From assembly GCA_951406725.2 (NCBI GenBank), contig OX597814.1:20832001-20896000 (forward strand): a DNA stretch of 64,000 nucleotides. The letters are read 5' to 3'. The notes under the pieces were generated by a model. The model ran no database searches, had not been told where the DNA came from, and saw nothing but the letters and a program-made list of their open reading frames with translations. Shown piece by piece: positions 14,003 through 27,089 of this stretch (position 1 is the first letter of the stretch; every line of letters begins with the position of its first letter). This DNA is from Octopus vulgaris. Lineage: Eukaryota. Made by a program: the position numbers and the translations under genes.

Positions 14003-14230
14003 GATTTCATTACAGATGAGATAAAGAAGACGTTTTAAGGTAGCAAACGCTACACCGTTATGACAGGTTCTCTAAGGGAGCTAATTAAGATCAAATTTGG
14101 GCGGTGAGAGAAAGAGAGAGAGAGAAGAAAGGTAACTCTTGTATACTAATTAAAACTGCATTCCCAGTCATTCATTGAAAAATAAACCATGGAAGATTAG
14201 CGTTATTTACGAGTTAAAAACGAAAGGCTA
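14003..14230 (-). promoter_or_regulatory. putative SAC1 5'UTR/promoter
   Basis: GC box GGGCGG 14099-14104, (GA)n tract 14106-14130, locally retained CpGs. Confidence 0.35.
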
Positions 14231-14692
14231 TTTAGTTTATTTTTTGTTTTTAGAAATACTCAGCTCTTTATGAGCTTTCTAAATGGTAAATTTGAAGTGT
14301 ACATCTAAAATAATACAATATAGCCTCGTCAGCAACCTGGTTGCATGCAGTTCACACGAGGAAAATTTCAACACCATATAACAATAAATGTTTAAAATGA
14401 AGTTAATAGTTTTGTGTTTTTGAATGTCTAATATATGTTTTTCACACTGCAATTCTCTTAGTTTCAACACATAGCCTCAGATCAAATCACTTGCCTGGCA
14501 AGAACACCTGAAAAGCTAAAATGAAAGTCCACATCATCCCCAGACTACCACTTCATTATTATGGCTAATCTTACATTGAAATGTAACTCAGAATAGACAT
14601 TTTCACTGGTTCTGATCAGACAAGTTATTTAATTGGTCAGCTCTTCATAAATTCTTTACTGACTGATTATGGCTGTAAATGCTCTTCACTTA

Positions 14693-14968
14693 CTTTGGTT
14701 CCCAAAGCGAGTGGTATTGCCCCCATGGGGGCGATGGAAAGTTCCAAAGGGGTGTTGAATGAAAAGTGGGGCGATAATGGGGTGGCGATTGATGTAAAAA
14801 CAACAAAATAATGAGTTCATTAGGTTAAGTTTTATTTGTGAAATACAATTACTTTGAATTTGCTTCAGAAAGAGGTTTATGCTTGTGATGGTTAGCTGGA
14901 GTGGGAGTGCTAGGAATGTGGCCTGGGTATCAAGGGGGCAGCAGCCCCAAAAAGTTTGGGAACCACTG
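14693..14968. mobile_element. hAT-like MITE
   Basis: TIR pair tggttcccaaa / tttgggaacca(ctg); no clear TSD. Confidence 0.7.
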
Positions 14969-16307
14969 CTTTAATCCAACAAGCGTGGCGTTTTCATTAG
15001 GACATCTTTTCCTATTATTCCTACTACCAGTTGCTTTTACTTCTAACACCACTCAATATGTTTGAATAGGAGTCTTGAGAATCATCATCAATGATACACA
15101 AAAGCCTTGTGTCTTTTAAGAGTACAAAAACTCAACTACTACACATATTGCTTTCAAATTTTGGCTCAAGGCCAGCAATTTCAGGAGAGGGTATAAGTTG
15201 ATTCGATCAACCTCAGTACTCAACTGGTACTTATTTTATCAATCCCAAAAGGAATGAAAGGCAGAGCTGATCACAAAAGAATTTGGACTTGCAATGTAAA
15301 GACGGATGAAATGCTGCTAAGCATTTTGCCTGGTGTGCTAATGATTCTGCCAGTTTGCTACCCTTACTACATATATTAAGGAGTTTTGTGCCTCACATTC
15401 CAATCATGAATAGTTTGCAATTGAAACTCTCAAAGTTACTGCAAATGCAAAGCTTCACAGCCTCTGCTGATCCCTCATTGCAACCCTACATATTTTACGT
15501 TGCCAATATCATAGCACAATAAGAACCATACTGAGTTACTTTACACAACTGCACAACAGCCTTACTGCTTCATACACAAAATATATCAGACTGCAACAAG
15601 AAGAAAATCATTTGAATCCTTATCATCAACATTTAATGTCTGTTTTCCATGCTGGCATGTGTTGGACAGCTTGACAGGAACTGGCAAGGTCAGGGACTAA
15701 ACCAGGTTCCATAGTCTGTTTTGGCAAAGTTTCTACAGCTGGATGCCCTTCCTAATGCTAACCACTTTACAGCGTGCACTTGGTGCTTTTTATGTGGCAT
15801 CAACACCAGTGCTTAAAAATTAATTTATCAACAAATTCATAGATGAGCTGTTTTTTCACATCACCTGTTGTATTACTATTATAATGTCATATAGTCCTCT
15901 AAAATTGACTTACTACATACCCTGTCCATTATTCTATCAAATCACTCTTGATATGTTTCATCTCCCAGACTTACTCTGACTCTTCATCCAATCATCATTC
16001 TCAGAACTGTTCAAGATCAACATCATTTACATCAATATCACCTGTCTAGGAGGCCTTGAAAATGTCACTGGAACAGCTCATTTTCTACTAAATATATTAT
16101 ATATGAAATATAATGAACTTCAACCTCTCACTTTTTTTTCTATGATACTCCGAAATAAAAAAAGATAATGAAAAAAAAAACTAGTTAACTCTCTACCTAC
16201 TGCCCTCTTCAAAACTCACTCAACTATCATTCACTGTACCATGCTCTCTGTGTAATGATGGATAGCATTAGATCTGTTTGTATTCACTCTACCATCAATC
16301 TTTATTA

Positions 16308-16473
16308 CACATCACTTCATCATCTCCAATATCTCTTATATTGGCCTGTCCTTATCGTTATCATTCATTCACTGTCTTACTATCTACCATCATGTGCACA
16401 TCACTTCATCATCTCCAATATCTCTTATATTGGCCTGTCTCTATCGTTATCATTCATTCACTGTCTTACTATC
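16308..16473. repeat. 89-bp tandem duplication
   Basis: cacatcacttcatcatctccaatatctc... at 16308 and 16397. Confidence 0.92.
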
Positions 16474-17165
16474 ACCCACATTTATTGCTATCTTTTGACC
16501 TTTCACTTTCTCTCTCCCCATGTAACTATTTGTTGACATAGAATAATTTATTCATTGTTGATTAAATCCTCAACTTTTTCACATTACTTTCTCTTTTATC
16601 ACTTTTTGCTGACAGTTCATCATTCTCATTAACATACATCACTCACATATATTAATTCTTCCATTCTTCTCTCTATCCAAAACATGAAACTGCCCATCAC
16701 TGTCTCTCTCCCATTACTCTTTCTATTCTCCCCTATTTGTTTTATCTAACCCATCACTTTCATATTCATGTTTTCCTCTTTTCATCTGCTTAGTGGTCAT
16801 GATTGTCATAAAAGAATGGAGACAACTTGCGGTAGAAAAACTCTTATTTGTGTTAGGAGGGATTTTGGAAATGGTCCTGAATTCTTCCTAACAATGTGGC
16901 AGATGATAGCCTGTTTAGCATAAGCTCAAGAGATATAGAAGCATCAGCAACTGAATTTGTCTGAGAAACAGGCAGGGTAATGAAACCATCCTGCATGCAT
17001 ATGTTCAATGTCCATATATTGCCAACACTAGCTAGACAGATCTAGCTATTAGCCAATTGTGTTGCGTATAGTGACCTTTGATAAGGAAAGATGGCTTAAT
17101 TTCATCTACTTGATGGCTATAGTGAAGGAATTTGTGTGGTGGGTGCAGTTAAAAGGTATTGAATT

Positions 17166-17398
17166 TTAGGCAGCGAGCTGGCAGAACCGTTAGCACATCG
17201 GGCGAAATGCTTAGCTGTATTTCGGCTGCCGTTATGTTGAGAGTTCAAATTCCGCCGAGGTCGACTTTGCCTTTCATCCTTTCGGGGTCGATAAATTAAG
17301 TACCAGTTATGCACTGGGGCCGATGTAATCGACTTAATACCTATGTCTGTCCATGTTTGTCCCCTCTATGTTTAGCCCATTGTGGGTAATAAAGAAAT
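17166..17398 (+). mobile_element. full-length tRNA-derived SINE with 12-bp target-site duplication
   Basis: A-box-like tggcagaaccgttag, B-box gagttcaaattcc; TSD AGGTATTGAATT at 17154-17165 and 17399-17410; decayed copies at about 15150-15365, 45045-45150, 60455-60590. Confidence 0.92.
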
Positions 17399-17621
17399 AG
17401 GTATTGAATTCAAAGATTTTCCAAAGGGACCAGGCTCTCAACTTCAAGTACCACTTGAAGAGGAAGTTTATGGTTGAGTGAGAGGCACAGCTTTCTATGC
17501 ATTCTATAAAAGGTGAAAGTGATGAAATTGATATGGCTAAATGGGTTGTAGTGACTTCATTTAGGCATAGTGTAGATTCGAACCTGAATCAGCAAATTTC
17601 CCATATTTCAACAGCTCTTTT

Positions 17622-17735
17622 CTCATAGAGAAACAATAGTGACAGCCGTTACATTTAACATATGGCTTTGCTAGGCTGCTCATGGAGAAACAATAGTGAC
17701 AGCCGTTACATTTAACATATGGCTTTGCTAGGCTG
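17622..17735. repeat. 57-bp tandem duplication
   Basis: ctcatRgagaaacaatagtgacagccg... at 17622 and 17679. Confidence 0.93.
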
Positions 17736-18221
17736 ATTTGTCTTTGCCAAGTGACCCTTCTAATCTCTTATATGCGGCAGAGAATGGAATTGAGATAACA
17801 GGTTGACCCCAAATGAAATCTATTGTTCTCTGTAAGCCAAACTCAGTCAGTGAACAGAGACCACCAGAGATGGCCACAGGTAGACAGTCACTAAAGACTA
17901 ACGGCCAGAGGGAGAAAACTATCAACCACAATGATACATACAACTTCCCCCTTCACTCTCTAATTTCACTAGTTCAAAAAACTATTCATCATCATCATTT
18001 AGTATCTGCTTTCCATGCTGGCATGGGTTAGATGGTTTGGCTGAAACTGGTATACTGGAGAGCTGCACCAAGTTCCAGTCTGGTCTGGCATGGTTTCTAT
18101 AGCAAGATGCCCTTCCAAATGCCAGCCACTCCAAGAGTATATATAATAGGTGCTTTTTGTGTGCTACTGGCATCAGTCATGACTATGATTTCACTTGGCT
18201 TGACAAGTCTTCTCAAGCACG

Positions 18222-18810
18222 TATAATTATTATTATTAATCTTTCTCTTCCTGGGTTATTTCAGCTCCTTCTTGCAGCTTAAGAGAAGCAACACTTTCTT
18301 CAACACATATGTTGTTCCAAGTATTGATGCCAACTATGTACTTCCTATGAAGTTTTTGATATTTTCAGCTTTACATGCCAAAACATTGTATTCTTTGAGA
18401 TGGTCCAAAGTGCATCAATCACAATGGGTATCACACTTAGTTTTGAGGCTCTATGGATGCATTTTATTTCCAATGCTAGGTCTTGGTACTTTTTGACTTT
18501 CTTGTTCTTTGTCCTCACTATATTCAGCTCTGCGGGTATAGCTATGTTGATGGAGAGTGATATTTGGTTGGTTATGTTGCAGCTTATGTGTGTAGTATGG
18601 CAGATCCCATGAGTCTCATCTGATCACTCTCTACCACTGGCAAAGGTTGCTACTCATACCACTTGTTCGAACATTCTAGCATTTAGTTCCTACACAACAA
18701 CCAGTGAATTCAGAATGCTACTTTGTCATGGTGGTTTTGCTTTTGTACTCCTTTTGGGCCAATTTTGCAAAACACTAACCATGTAAGGAAGTATATTTCA
18801 TACAATATGT
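18222..18810 (-). mobile_element. decayed R4/Dong-like (restriction-like endonuclease) non-LTR retrotransposon 3' fragment
   Basis: CFAKLAQKEYK, INIAIPAELNIV...KKYQDLALEIK, VIPIVIDAL, ASILGTTYVLKKVL; ends in (TAA)n. Confidence 0.75.
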
Positions 18811-19691
18811 GACGTTCTTCTTAAACTAGATGAGCTGGAATTGTGAAAGCATGTATTTGAATGTAGTAATTAGCCATGAAGTAGATGTTGTCATTATTGT
18901 TTAAAGTTCATTTTCCATGCTGGAATAGGTTGGACAGTTTGACAGGAGCTGGCCAGGTTCTAGTTGTCTGTTTTGTAGGGCTTCTACAGTTGGATGCCCT
19001 CCCTAATGCCAAACACTTTACAGAGTGTGCTAGGTGCATTTCACATGACACAAACACAAATGCATGTCATGTGGCACTGGCACAAGTGCATTTTATGTGG
19101 CATCAGCACATGCAAAGCAGAGACCTCTGGCTGGGAGAAAGAGTGGGGGCATGCTCATAAATGAAAAGCCTGAATGGATGGCTGGCTGTGATTTTACTTA
19201 GCTGTCCAATGTATATCCTTATATTCCATGTACCCAACCCACTATTACTACATCACAATTTGTAACTGGTGCTAAAGATGGCTGAAAATTTTTGTATATA
19301 GGAAATGTCTATGTCAACAGAAAATGAAAAACTAATATATTCAGTGAGAAATGATCACATTGCAAAGCTAAGATTGTAACTTGTGCTGATATTATACAAA
19401 AGATTTCTCATAATCATTCACATTTGCCAGTCCAAGTCATATATATTTAAAAAGCAGTGGAGAACATGAAGCAATACAGAGTGCAATCAAATGAAGCAAC
19501 ATCATTGTTTATTTTTATACCCATTTTTCCATGCAAGCATGGGTTAGACCTATTATGGAAGCATTGTTTCACAGCTGGATGCCCTACCTGTTGTTAACTC
19601 TTATAGGTTTTTTTTAAACAAAAGGATCTTTTATTCCACACATCTTTCTTTGAAGGTGTAAAGACAGTGGATGATTTGTTAACAAGGGAAA

Positions 19692-20432
19692 TATGAGGGT
19701 CAGCTGAAAAGTCTGTAGGCTGACCAAGATATTCTCAAGGAATGTGACCAAATGTGGTTCATTTTTCAACACAGTCCACCTTGTAGTTCACACACTACTC
19801 CCATCGGTGTTGCAGTGCTTGGATCCCATTGGTGAAGAAATTGTCATCTTGTTGGTCAAAAAAGTCATCACTAGCAGATATGTTGTCATCATCACTGCAA
19901 TACTGGTTCCCAGCCAAGTGTTTTTTCATGTTGGGGAACAGATAAAAGTCAGATGGGGCGAAATCAGGAGAATAGAGAGGGTGATCAACTGGTTCAAAGC
20001 TAGTCGTGCACAACAGTCATTGAAACCATATGGTGAGCACGATCAATGTTTGGGTTGATGATGGCAGAGTGCAGGACGACCAGACCGAGGGTTATGTTCA
20101 AGACTCTCCCTTTCCCTCCAAAATTCAGCTGTCCACTTGTACTATTAATAAAGTTGGAGATTCATCCCCTAATGTAGCAACCATGTCAGCATGCATGTCC
20201 TTGGGGGCTAAACCAAATACATGATAACACAATGATGCCAAATTTCGTCCATTTTCAAAAAAAAGTCACTACTAGTTACTTTTGAAGAGTTCTTTGAACG
20301 AGATGTCAGTTTACCTGGAAAGAAACAATGCAGTTATTAATAAGAAGAGTTGAAATTAATGCATGCAAGATTTCACAGCTCTAGCATTTCTCCTTCATAG
20401 TTGGCCTATGAACTTTTCAACCCAACCTCATA
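19692..20432 (-). mobile_element. internally deleted mariner transposon (second family)
   Basis: TIRs tatgagggtcagctgaaaagt / acttttcaacccaacctcata; HPLYSPDFAPSDFYLFPNMKKHLAG. Confidence 0.9.
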
Positions 20433-21839
20433 ACAATGTCAGTGTTTCTTGCTCAGTGATTTTTGGAGAAGTGCAAATGTAAACAAAATTACACATCTGA
20501 TGGACTTCTTTCAGTTTCAGTCAACCAAACCTATTCACAAGGCTTTGGTTGGCTGTAGTACAAAACATTTGTGCAAGGTTCCACACAATGGAATCAAACT
20601 TCTTAATAACATAAGCCATACTCATGCCAGCTTTCTGTAAGTAACAATTGTATGAGCAAACTACATTAAAGTGTATGAGGTGGTGCATTATCACATAAAG
20701 ACTTATTACCATGTAGTGGATGGTGAACAAGAAGGTTAAGAAATGAAACAAAATATTTAACAAGAGTTGATAAATTTTTTATTAGAAAGTGAGGATATTT
20801 ATTTAACAATGAATGGAAAATTTAAAAGTTGTAGTAATGGAAAAGAAGTAGATAAGTGATGGAACATTTTCTTGAGAGTCTCACAGAATACAGTTTTATA
20901 CTCTTCATGCCATTGTTTCTGAAACTAAAATATTATCATGGATAAATACAAAGAGATAATGTAATTTTCAATAAAGAGAGGTATATTTATCCATAATCAT
21001 TTACAGTGGACTTTGAAATAGCTGTAACAAACAGCAATAAACCACAATAAATAAATTTACCACAGTAACAATAATAAGTTGCTATTTTCACTTGAGCCAG
21101 TGTTTATAGCACAAAATTCAGCATTTTGAGATCAACAGATAATTTCAATGTAGAAAATGGTTCCTCCATCAGGTGGCTTGGAATATTAGTATTTGTTCCC
21201 TGACAAGATATGTACAATGTTAATAATGAAGAAATAGATATAATGCTACACAAACTTTTAGCAAGCTAACACTCTCTTAGGGATAGTGTGATATGAATAA
21301 ATAAAAAAATATACCAAGGTCAACAATTGTATTAAAAAGAAACTTGTAATTTATAATTTGATCAACCCCCATATTTTTTTTCAAGTCAATGGTTCACAAT
21401 TCAATTCAATAAATTGCTTTAATTTTAAAACAAATTATTTTTAGCAACCTTCTTATTATTATGTTTAGTTTTAAAATATATTCACCATATATGCCAGTGT
21501 ATATAAATTGACAATTTAACCTTAAAATTACACCTCCAAAATAGGAGGAATCTTATACATATATGTATAAAATTTGAACCTTAATTCCTAAAGTGTATGG
21601 TGAGTTGTTAGCAATGTATAACAGTTGATAGTTAACCACTGCTTTGGCAACTACTGATATGTTTTTACAACACCCAGTTGTCTTATATACTGACATATAT
21701 GGTATTTTGCTTTTTCATTAAATGCAAATTATTGACATCCTTCTTCTATTTAAGATATTACTCCAATTGAGTTATTTTTAATTACTTTTATTAAATAAAA
21801 AAAAAGCAAACAAAATCTGTTCGCATTTTGAATAGCAAC

Positions 21840-21953
21840 AATTTGACCATCAAAATTTTGTCTTGTTGGCATTTGACCATCAACATTTTGACTGTTGGCA
21901 TTTTGACTTTCAGCAGTTTGACTGTCGGCATTTGGTTCTTGACATTATGTCTG
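21840..21953. repeat. degenerate minisatellite of about 15 bp (GGCATTTTGACTGTY-like)
   Basis: About 7-8 diverged units downstream of the NHE8 stop. Confidence 0.7.
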
Positions 21954-22350
21954 TACAAAGACAATAACCATCTGGCTTTATACCAGCTCTACTAACAATA
22001 ATTCTCCCATCTTACTGATATAAAAAAATACATTAAAAAAAAAGTTGATATCCAGATTCCAAATGAGATAAATTGATAAAACTAACCTTGCAAAAGAACA
22101 TCCTTTTATTAGAATTAGTTTTAAATATTTATAATCAATTTACAAATTACATTTTATAAAAAATATCAACAGCCCACAGTAAAATTCAAGATTACAAAAC
22201 AAATACCACGAAAAAATATTTTGTAAAAGATCAACAATAAATTAGTTTGTGTTGTTCATGAATTAAAATTAAATCAGATGCTTTGTTTATCACAGTGATT
22301 GTTACTTAACAAAAAAAAAAAAAAATTATAAATTCCAAAGATTAACTTGT

Positions 22351-22479
22351 TTAATGATAAATAGTTTCTTGTGTGAAAGCTGTGTCCTCTTCAGAATTGG
22401 AATCTGATGGAACAGCCCGCACTTCTTTGTACCACTTGTTTGTTAAATTGTCCATTTGTGTGCGACCTTCACGTACTTC
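22351..22479 (-). CDS. SLC9A8: NHE8 exon 16 (terminal coding exon, TAA at 22353-22351)
   Basis: TTACAG|EVREGRTQMDNLTNKWYKEVRAVPSDSNSEEDTAFTQETIYH* (LTNKWY motif). Exon lengths sum to 1911 nt from the ATG at 62561, an intact frame. Confidence 0.95.
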   Translation of the reverse strand, partial: EVREGRTQMDNLTNKWYKEVRAVPSDSNSEEDTAFTQETIYH

Positions 22480-23236
22480 CTGTAATATAAAACAATTATT
22501 TTGAAGGTTAATTCTAAGAAATAGTTTTTGTATTTTTAAACTGCTACATATACAAATTTTACTTTCTTTAGTAATTTCTATAAAAATTTAACATAGGAGT
22601 CACAAATCCACACAAATATTTAAGAGACACATGCTAGATAGGATAGCACAAAAAATATGAACAAAATTAGTTCTGTTTGATAAAAATAATCAGCTGCTTT
22701 TTATTTGCATATATTGGGAAAGCATTTGTAAAATGCCATTTGGTGAAAGGGCTTGCTGAGCTACAAGAGGTTGAGAAACACTGATTTCAAGAGACAGTCC
22801 ATATGTAAGATTTTAAGGTTCTGTCTTCTTTGTATGGCTTTGATGGCTATCATATTTTATATTATAGCACTTTTTGTGAACAAGTTTTTCCATACATCAT
22901 CCTGTGATGCACCTGGACACATCAATAGTGATGCTTCCTGGAGTCATTAAGTGTTTGAATCTTTCAATATCAGGCACCCTCACTCAGGTAACTCAGTTGG
23001 GGTTAATCAAGTCTCAGATGGAGTTTAGCAGTTAGCACTACCACTGGAAGCACTGCCCCTTCCATGGCTTGCATCTCCTGATCTGGAGCCACTTTGAGGA
23101 AATCTCTGTTATCAGAGATCATGGCAACCAGAAGTAATTACTTATTCAATACATTTACAGTGGCAAGAGAGTTTTATGGTTACCTTTAGGCAATTTAAAA
23201 ACTGTTTAAATGTAGCCGTAAAACAAATAGACTAAC

Positions 23237-23380
23237 CTGTTTTGTAAAACGCCTTGTAAAGAAAGGTATTAAATATTTTACATCAAAACGTAAAAAGCCT
23301 CGTAAATGTGTTTTTACAAAATTGATTTCATATTCTTCTTCAGTTAGTTCAGACAGGTGTTCAGAATCCACAGTATCTCC
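23237..23380 (-). CDS. SLC9A8: NHE8 exon 15
   Basis: TTACAG|...|GTTAGT; GDTVDSEHLSELTEEEYEINFVKTHLRGFLRFDVKYLIPFFTRRFTKQ (NHE8-type SEHLSELTEEEY and PFFTRR tail motifs). Confidence 0.97.
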
Positions 23381-24071
23381 CTGTAAAATAAAACTATCAG
23401 TTAAAACAAATTAAAACCATGTGAACACTTAATCTATAGAACTATATAATTCTAATGAACACAATATGACCAAAAGTTTAAGAAGTTCCTCCATGGTATC
23501 TTGAGCAAGTGTCATTAACTACAGCTTTGATTTGATCCAAACTTCGCGAATAAAATTGGGTAGATGAGGGCTATGTAGAGTGTACGTGTGAAGGTCCAGC
23601 CTTGTCACACATTGTAACATTCTGATTCTGTCAAAAAATTACTTTAAAGATACATGTACGTTGAAATACACAACCACTTGGCCAAGCAAATAACGAAGCT
23701 GAAGGAACAGAAAGGACTATATTAGTGCTGTGCTGCTGTTCATTTTCAGATGAGTAGATTGGAGCAATTTGAAATGAAGTGCTTTGCTGCCTGGTAATGT
23801 CATGTGGTGTCACAGTCACATGCTATAACATAATTTTATATTCCATATAAAAATCAACAGTCAATAGCGTGTTACTGAAATAAATATCAGGTTTTGGGAA
23901 AGCTGAAAACTGAGATTGCTTAATTGTGTAACCAAGAACATTGAGGATAAAAGTCTAATATTGAATAATGGTTGCTGAAGACTTATCTAAAGATTTCTTG
24001 ATATTATATATGTTTGTTCCTGGGTTTTTTCTTTTTTGTACTTTGTGATCAGAAATAACTTTAAAGTTATA

Positions 24072-24503
24072 TCTCTCTATATATAAACGGCAGTTTGTCT
24101 GTGTGTGTGTCTGTCAGGTTGTACCCTCACCCTGACCACGGCTTTCAACCGATTCTGATGAAACTTGACACACACATAGCCCAATGTCATAATTCAAAAC
24201 TAACGCAGCGAAAATTTTGAAAAGTTCCCTCAGTTCTGAAAAAAATCGATAAATTCGCCATCGGGTCGAGAATCTAAGCTTTTTATATGCAACACATTTT
24301 CTGTCTAGGGGACACAACTCGACCTTTTTATCGCCCAAAGGGACAGCTAGGAACATCGTATACACAGAAGTATTCGAGTGAAGGGAAGACATTGCAACCT
24401 ACACATGCGCCTTCGTTCCCTAGAGGGAAAGGACTAGATTGGGATTAGTCGTTGCCTACTAGGGGCTCTTACATATCCGGGCAACGCTGGGCTATGCTGC
24501 TAG
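24072..24503 (+). mobile_element. non-autonomous Helitron
   Basis: A|TCTCTCTATATATAAA 5' end; subterminal GC hairpin ccgggcaacgctggg; CTAG|T 3' end; no TSD; CpG-rich, so probably young. Confidence 0.85.
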
Positions 24504-25163
24504 TAATCAATAAGAATTTGTACTTGCAAATTTCATTTGTATTAATGTATTGGAAGTTGAAGTAATTTCCAAATGATTTTAAATATATTTTGATTAACAT
24601 TATATCACATACCAAATAATGAATGCAAAGTAGAACATAACTTGTTGGATAAAAGCATATTATGTGCTGGCAAAAGAGTAATGTGATCTGTTTAATTTTC
24701 TTATTTTTAACCAGTAGCCTAAATAATTATCTGTCCTACTTCAACAATAGGATAAACTGTAAATGTGGTTTGAGTAAACTTATGTCAGAATAAATGGATG
24801 AGAGCAACCTGCAAGTACATCACTACAGACATGATATAGATCAGTGTCTCCAGGCCACACAGCAGGCTTATACAATAATATGCTGTGTAGGGTGCAATGT
24901 GGTGGTCAGAGTATGTTCCATCTTGTTTTTATGATATAGTCATAAGATACAAACCAAGCTAGACATATAATTAAAATGTAGTTATTGTAACAACAGCACA
25001 ATAATAGATAATTGTGGGGAAAAAATTGACAAAAGTAAACAGTAAGAAAATGAAGAAAAATTTAAATAAGATCAATGAAGAAAGTACCTTAATCGCAATA
25101 ATTATTTTTGAACCACAGAACACATACAGAATTTTATTTAATTTATTTTAAGCATTAACTTAC

Positions 25164-25229
25164 CATTTCTTTTGTTTTACTTAATGATATTTCAGATTTT
25201 GTTTTTTTCCGTTTATCTGCTTTTAATAA
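25164..25229 (-). CDS. SLC9A8: NHE8 exon 14
   Basis: CTTCAG|...|GTAAGT; LLKADKRKKTKSEISLSKTKEM (resembles NHE8 LSKTEKM). Confidence 0.93.
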
Positions 25230-26115
25230 CTGAAGATAAAATGTTTAAATATTGTAAATAAATGTAAAGTAAAACAGATTAATATGGTACATACTTAAAA
25301 CAAGCTTGTTCTGGACTGAATAGAAGAAGCACTTAATATTTATTGGTGAAGAGAAAATATTTCATGCCCTGGTTAAAGTGAATAACTTCACTTCATATAT
25401 AAATTTTCATGCAAACATGAAAACAGAACTCAAAACTTGAATATGTATCTTTTTCTTATTAAAAATGGGCAGAAGTTCCAGGGTGACTCACAGTCTGAGA
25501 GTTTCATACATTGGCACACACACACACACACACACAAATGTACATCTGTCTGTCTGTGTGCATGCATGTATGCTAATATGTATGTATGTGTGTAATGCAT
25601 GTATATTATAACCTTTTGGCACTTGCTGTGACATTTCTAAGGCTAAGTTGTGATCATAAGGAAAGCTTTTTTTGAAAAGACTGAAATATACAAATTATAC
25701 AGAAGCCAATCTGAAAGTTGAAATAAGATATTTCAAATTGAACACTAAGCTTGGAAACTTAAAATTGTCATGTTTATAATTTACAGAGGTTTGAACATCT
25801 AATTTGAAAAGTAATACACCTATTCCATGATTGACTGAGCCAATTTAGTAGTGAGAGAGTCATTGCATAGCGCAAAATTCAGTAAAGTAAGAAGAAATCA
25901 TATCAAGAATATATGAAATATAAATGATAATTTCAAGATGTAATTGTAGATAACACTATTAAGCGATTGATGAAGAAGGTCGGTATTGTGAGTAGTGATA
26001 TTGATGATGATTATCTTTTTACTTTGTGGTTAACCAATGGATATTTTGTTAAAGGATATATGAAAAAAAAAAACAAATTACTGATATTAAACAAAAAAGC
26101 AAACAGTGTTGTTAC

Positions 26116-26258
26116 CTTCATGATTGGCATGGTTGCACCTCCTAAGAATAAGATAGTGAACAAAACCATAAATAATGTAGCTGTGACAAGAACATATCGT
26201 TTCTCAGGGGAGAATTCTAAATGAAGGCATAAGGCAAATGCAATTGCACCACGTAATC
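26116..26258 (-). CDS. SLC9A8: NHE8 exon 13
   Basis: GTATAG|...|GTAAC; GLRGAIAFALCLHLEFSPEKRYVLVTATLFMVLFTILFLGGATMPIMK (GLRGA motif). Confidence 0.97.
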
Positions 26259-27089
26259 CTATACAAAAAAAGAAAAAAGAAGAAAAAAAACAAAGATAAA
26301 CAGAATAGAAACTGCTGTTATATAATTTTCAAAAAAGTATTTCTTCATACTGAAGTCATTGCAGGTGATGGCACTGTTGCCAAACATTCTAGGGAGAGGG
26401 AGTGATGGCTGTCAGAAGTGTAAGAGGAAAGACCCAATATTTCACATGTACTGCGATGAGGGATAGAGAGAAGTATAGCAAGAGGGATGAAAGGGGTGGG
26501 GCAGAAGATATTTGAATAGGAAGAAATCCACTGCTATCCCAAACAATACAAGCAGTATGATATGGTGAATGAGAATGAAAGGTCTTCCTAGCTGTTACCA
26601 TGATCATTTTTAGTGTTCTTTTTACCATGCTTGCTTACAAGGGTGGACTTCTCCAGCAGTGCATGTCACTAACCATTGCAGCCTTTTGTTATCCCCTTTA
26701 TGAGGATCAATACCTTGAGTTCAGTCTTTACCACTTCTGTAATGTTTAACAGTTTCCTCATGTGCATGGCCACATTGCTATGCAGTAGGATATAAAAGAA
26801 GGTAGTATTACTATAAAGTTCCAACTTAAAAGAAACCATTTCAATATTAGAAGGTTGCAGGTCACTTGCAAGCCTGCATTTGAACATCTCACTAAGATAC
26901 ACAGCATAGTGATGAGTTAGCTCTGGTAGCTCAGACCCCAGAGGTCCTATGAATAGTCACTCATTTCAGCAGCCACAATGGTTAAGAAAGAATAGATCTG
27001 GCAAATAATGTCCAGAAAACAGTCTCTCTCTCTCTTTCTCTCTCTCAATGCCACATCACACTAATAGTGGTAATGACTATTTGAGATAA

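Noticed and set aside
17166-17260. tRNA gene
   Set aside because: A/B-box-like head continues into a SINE body with a TSD; no complete cloverleaf
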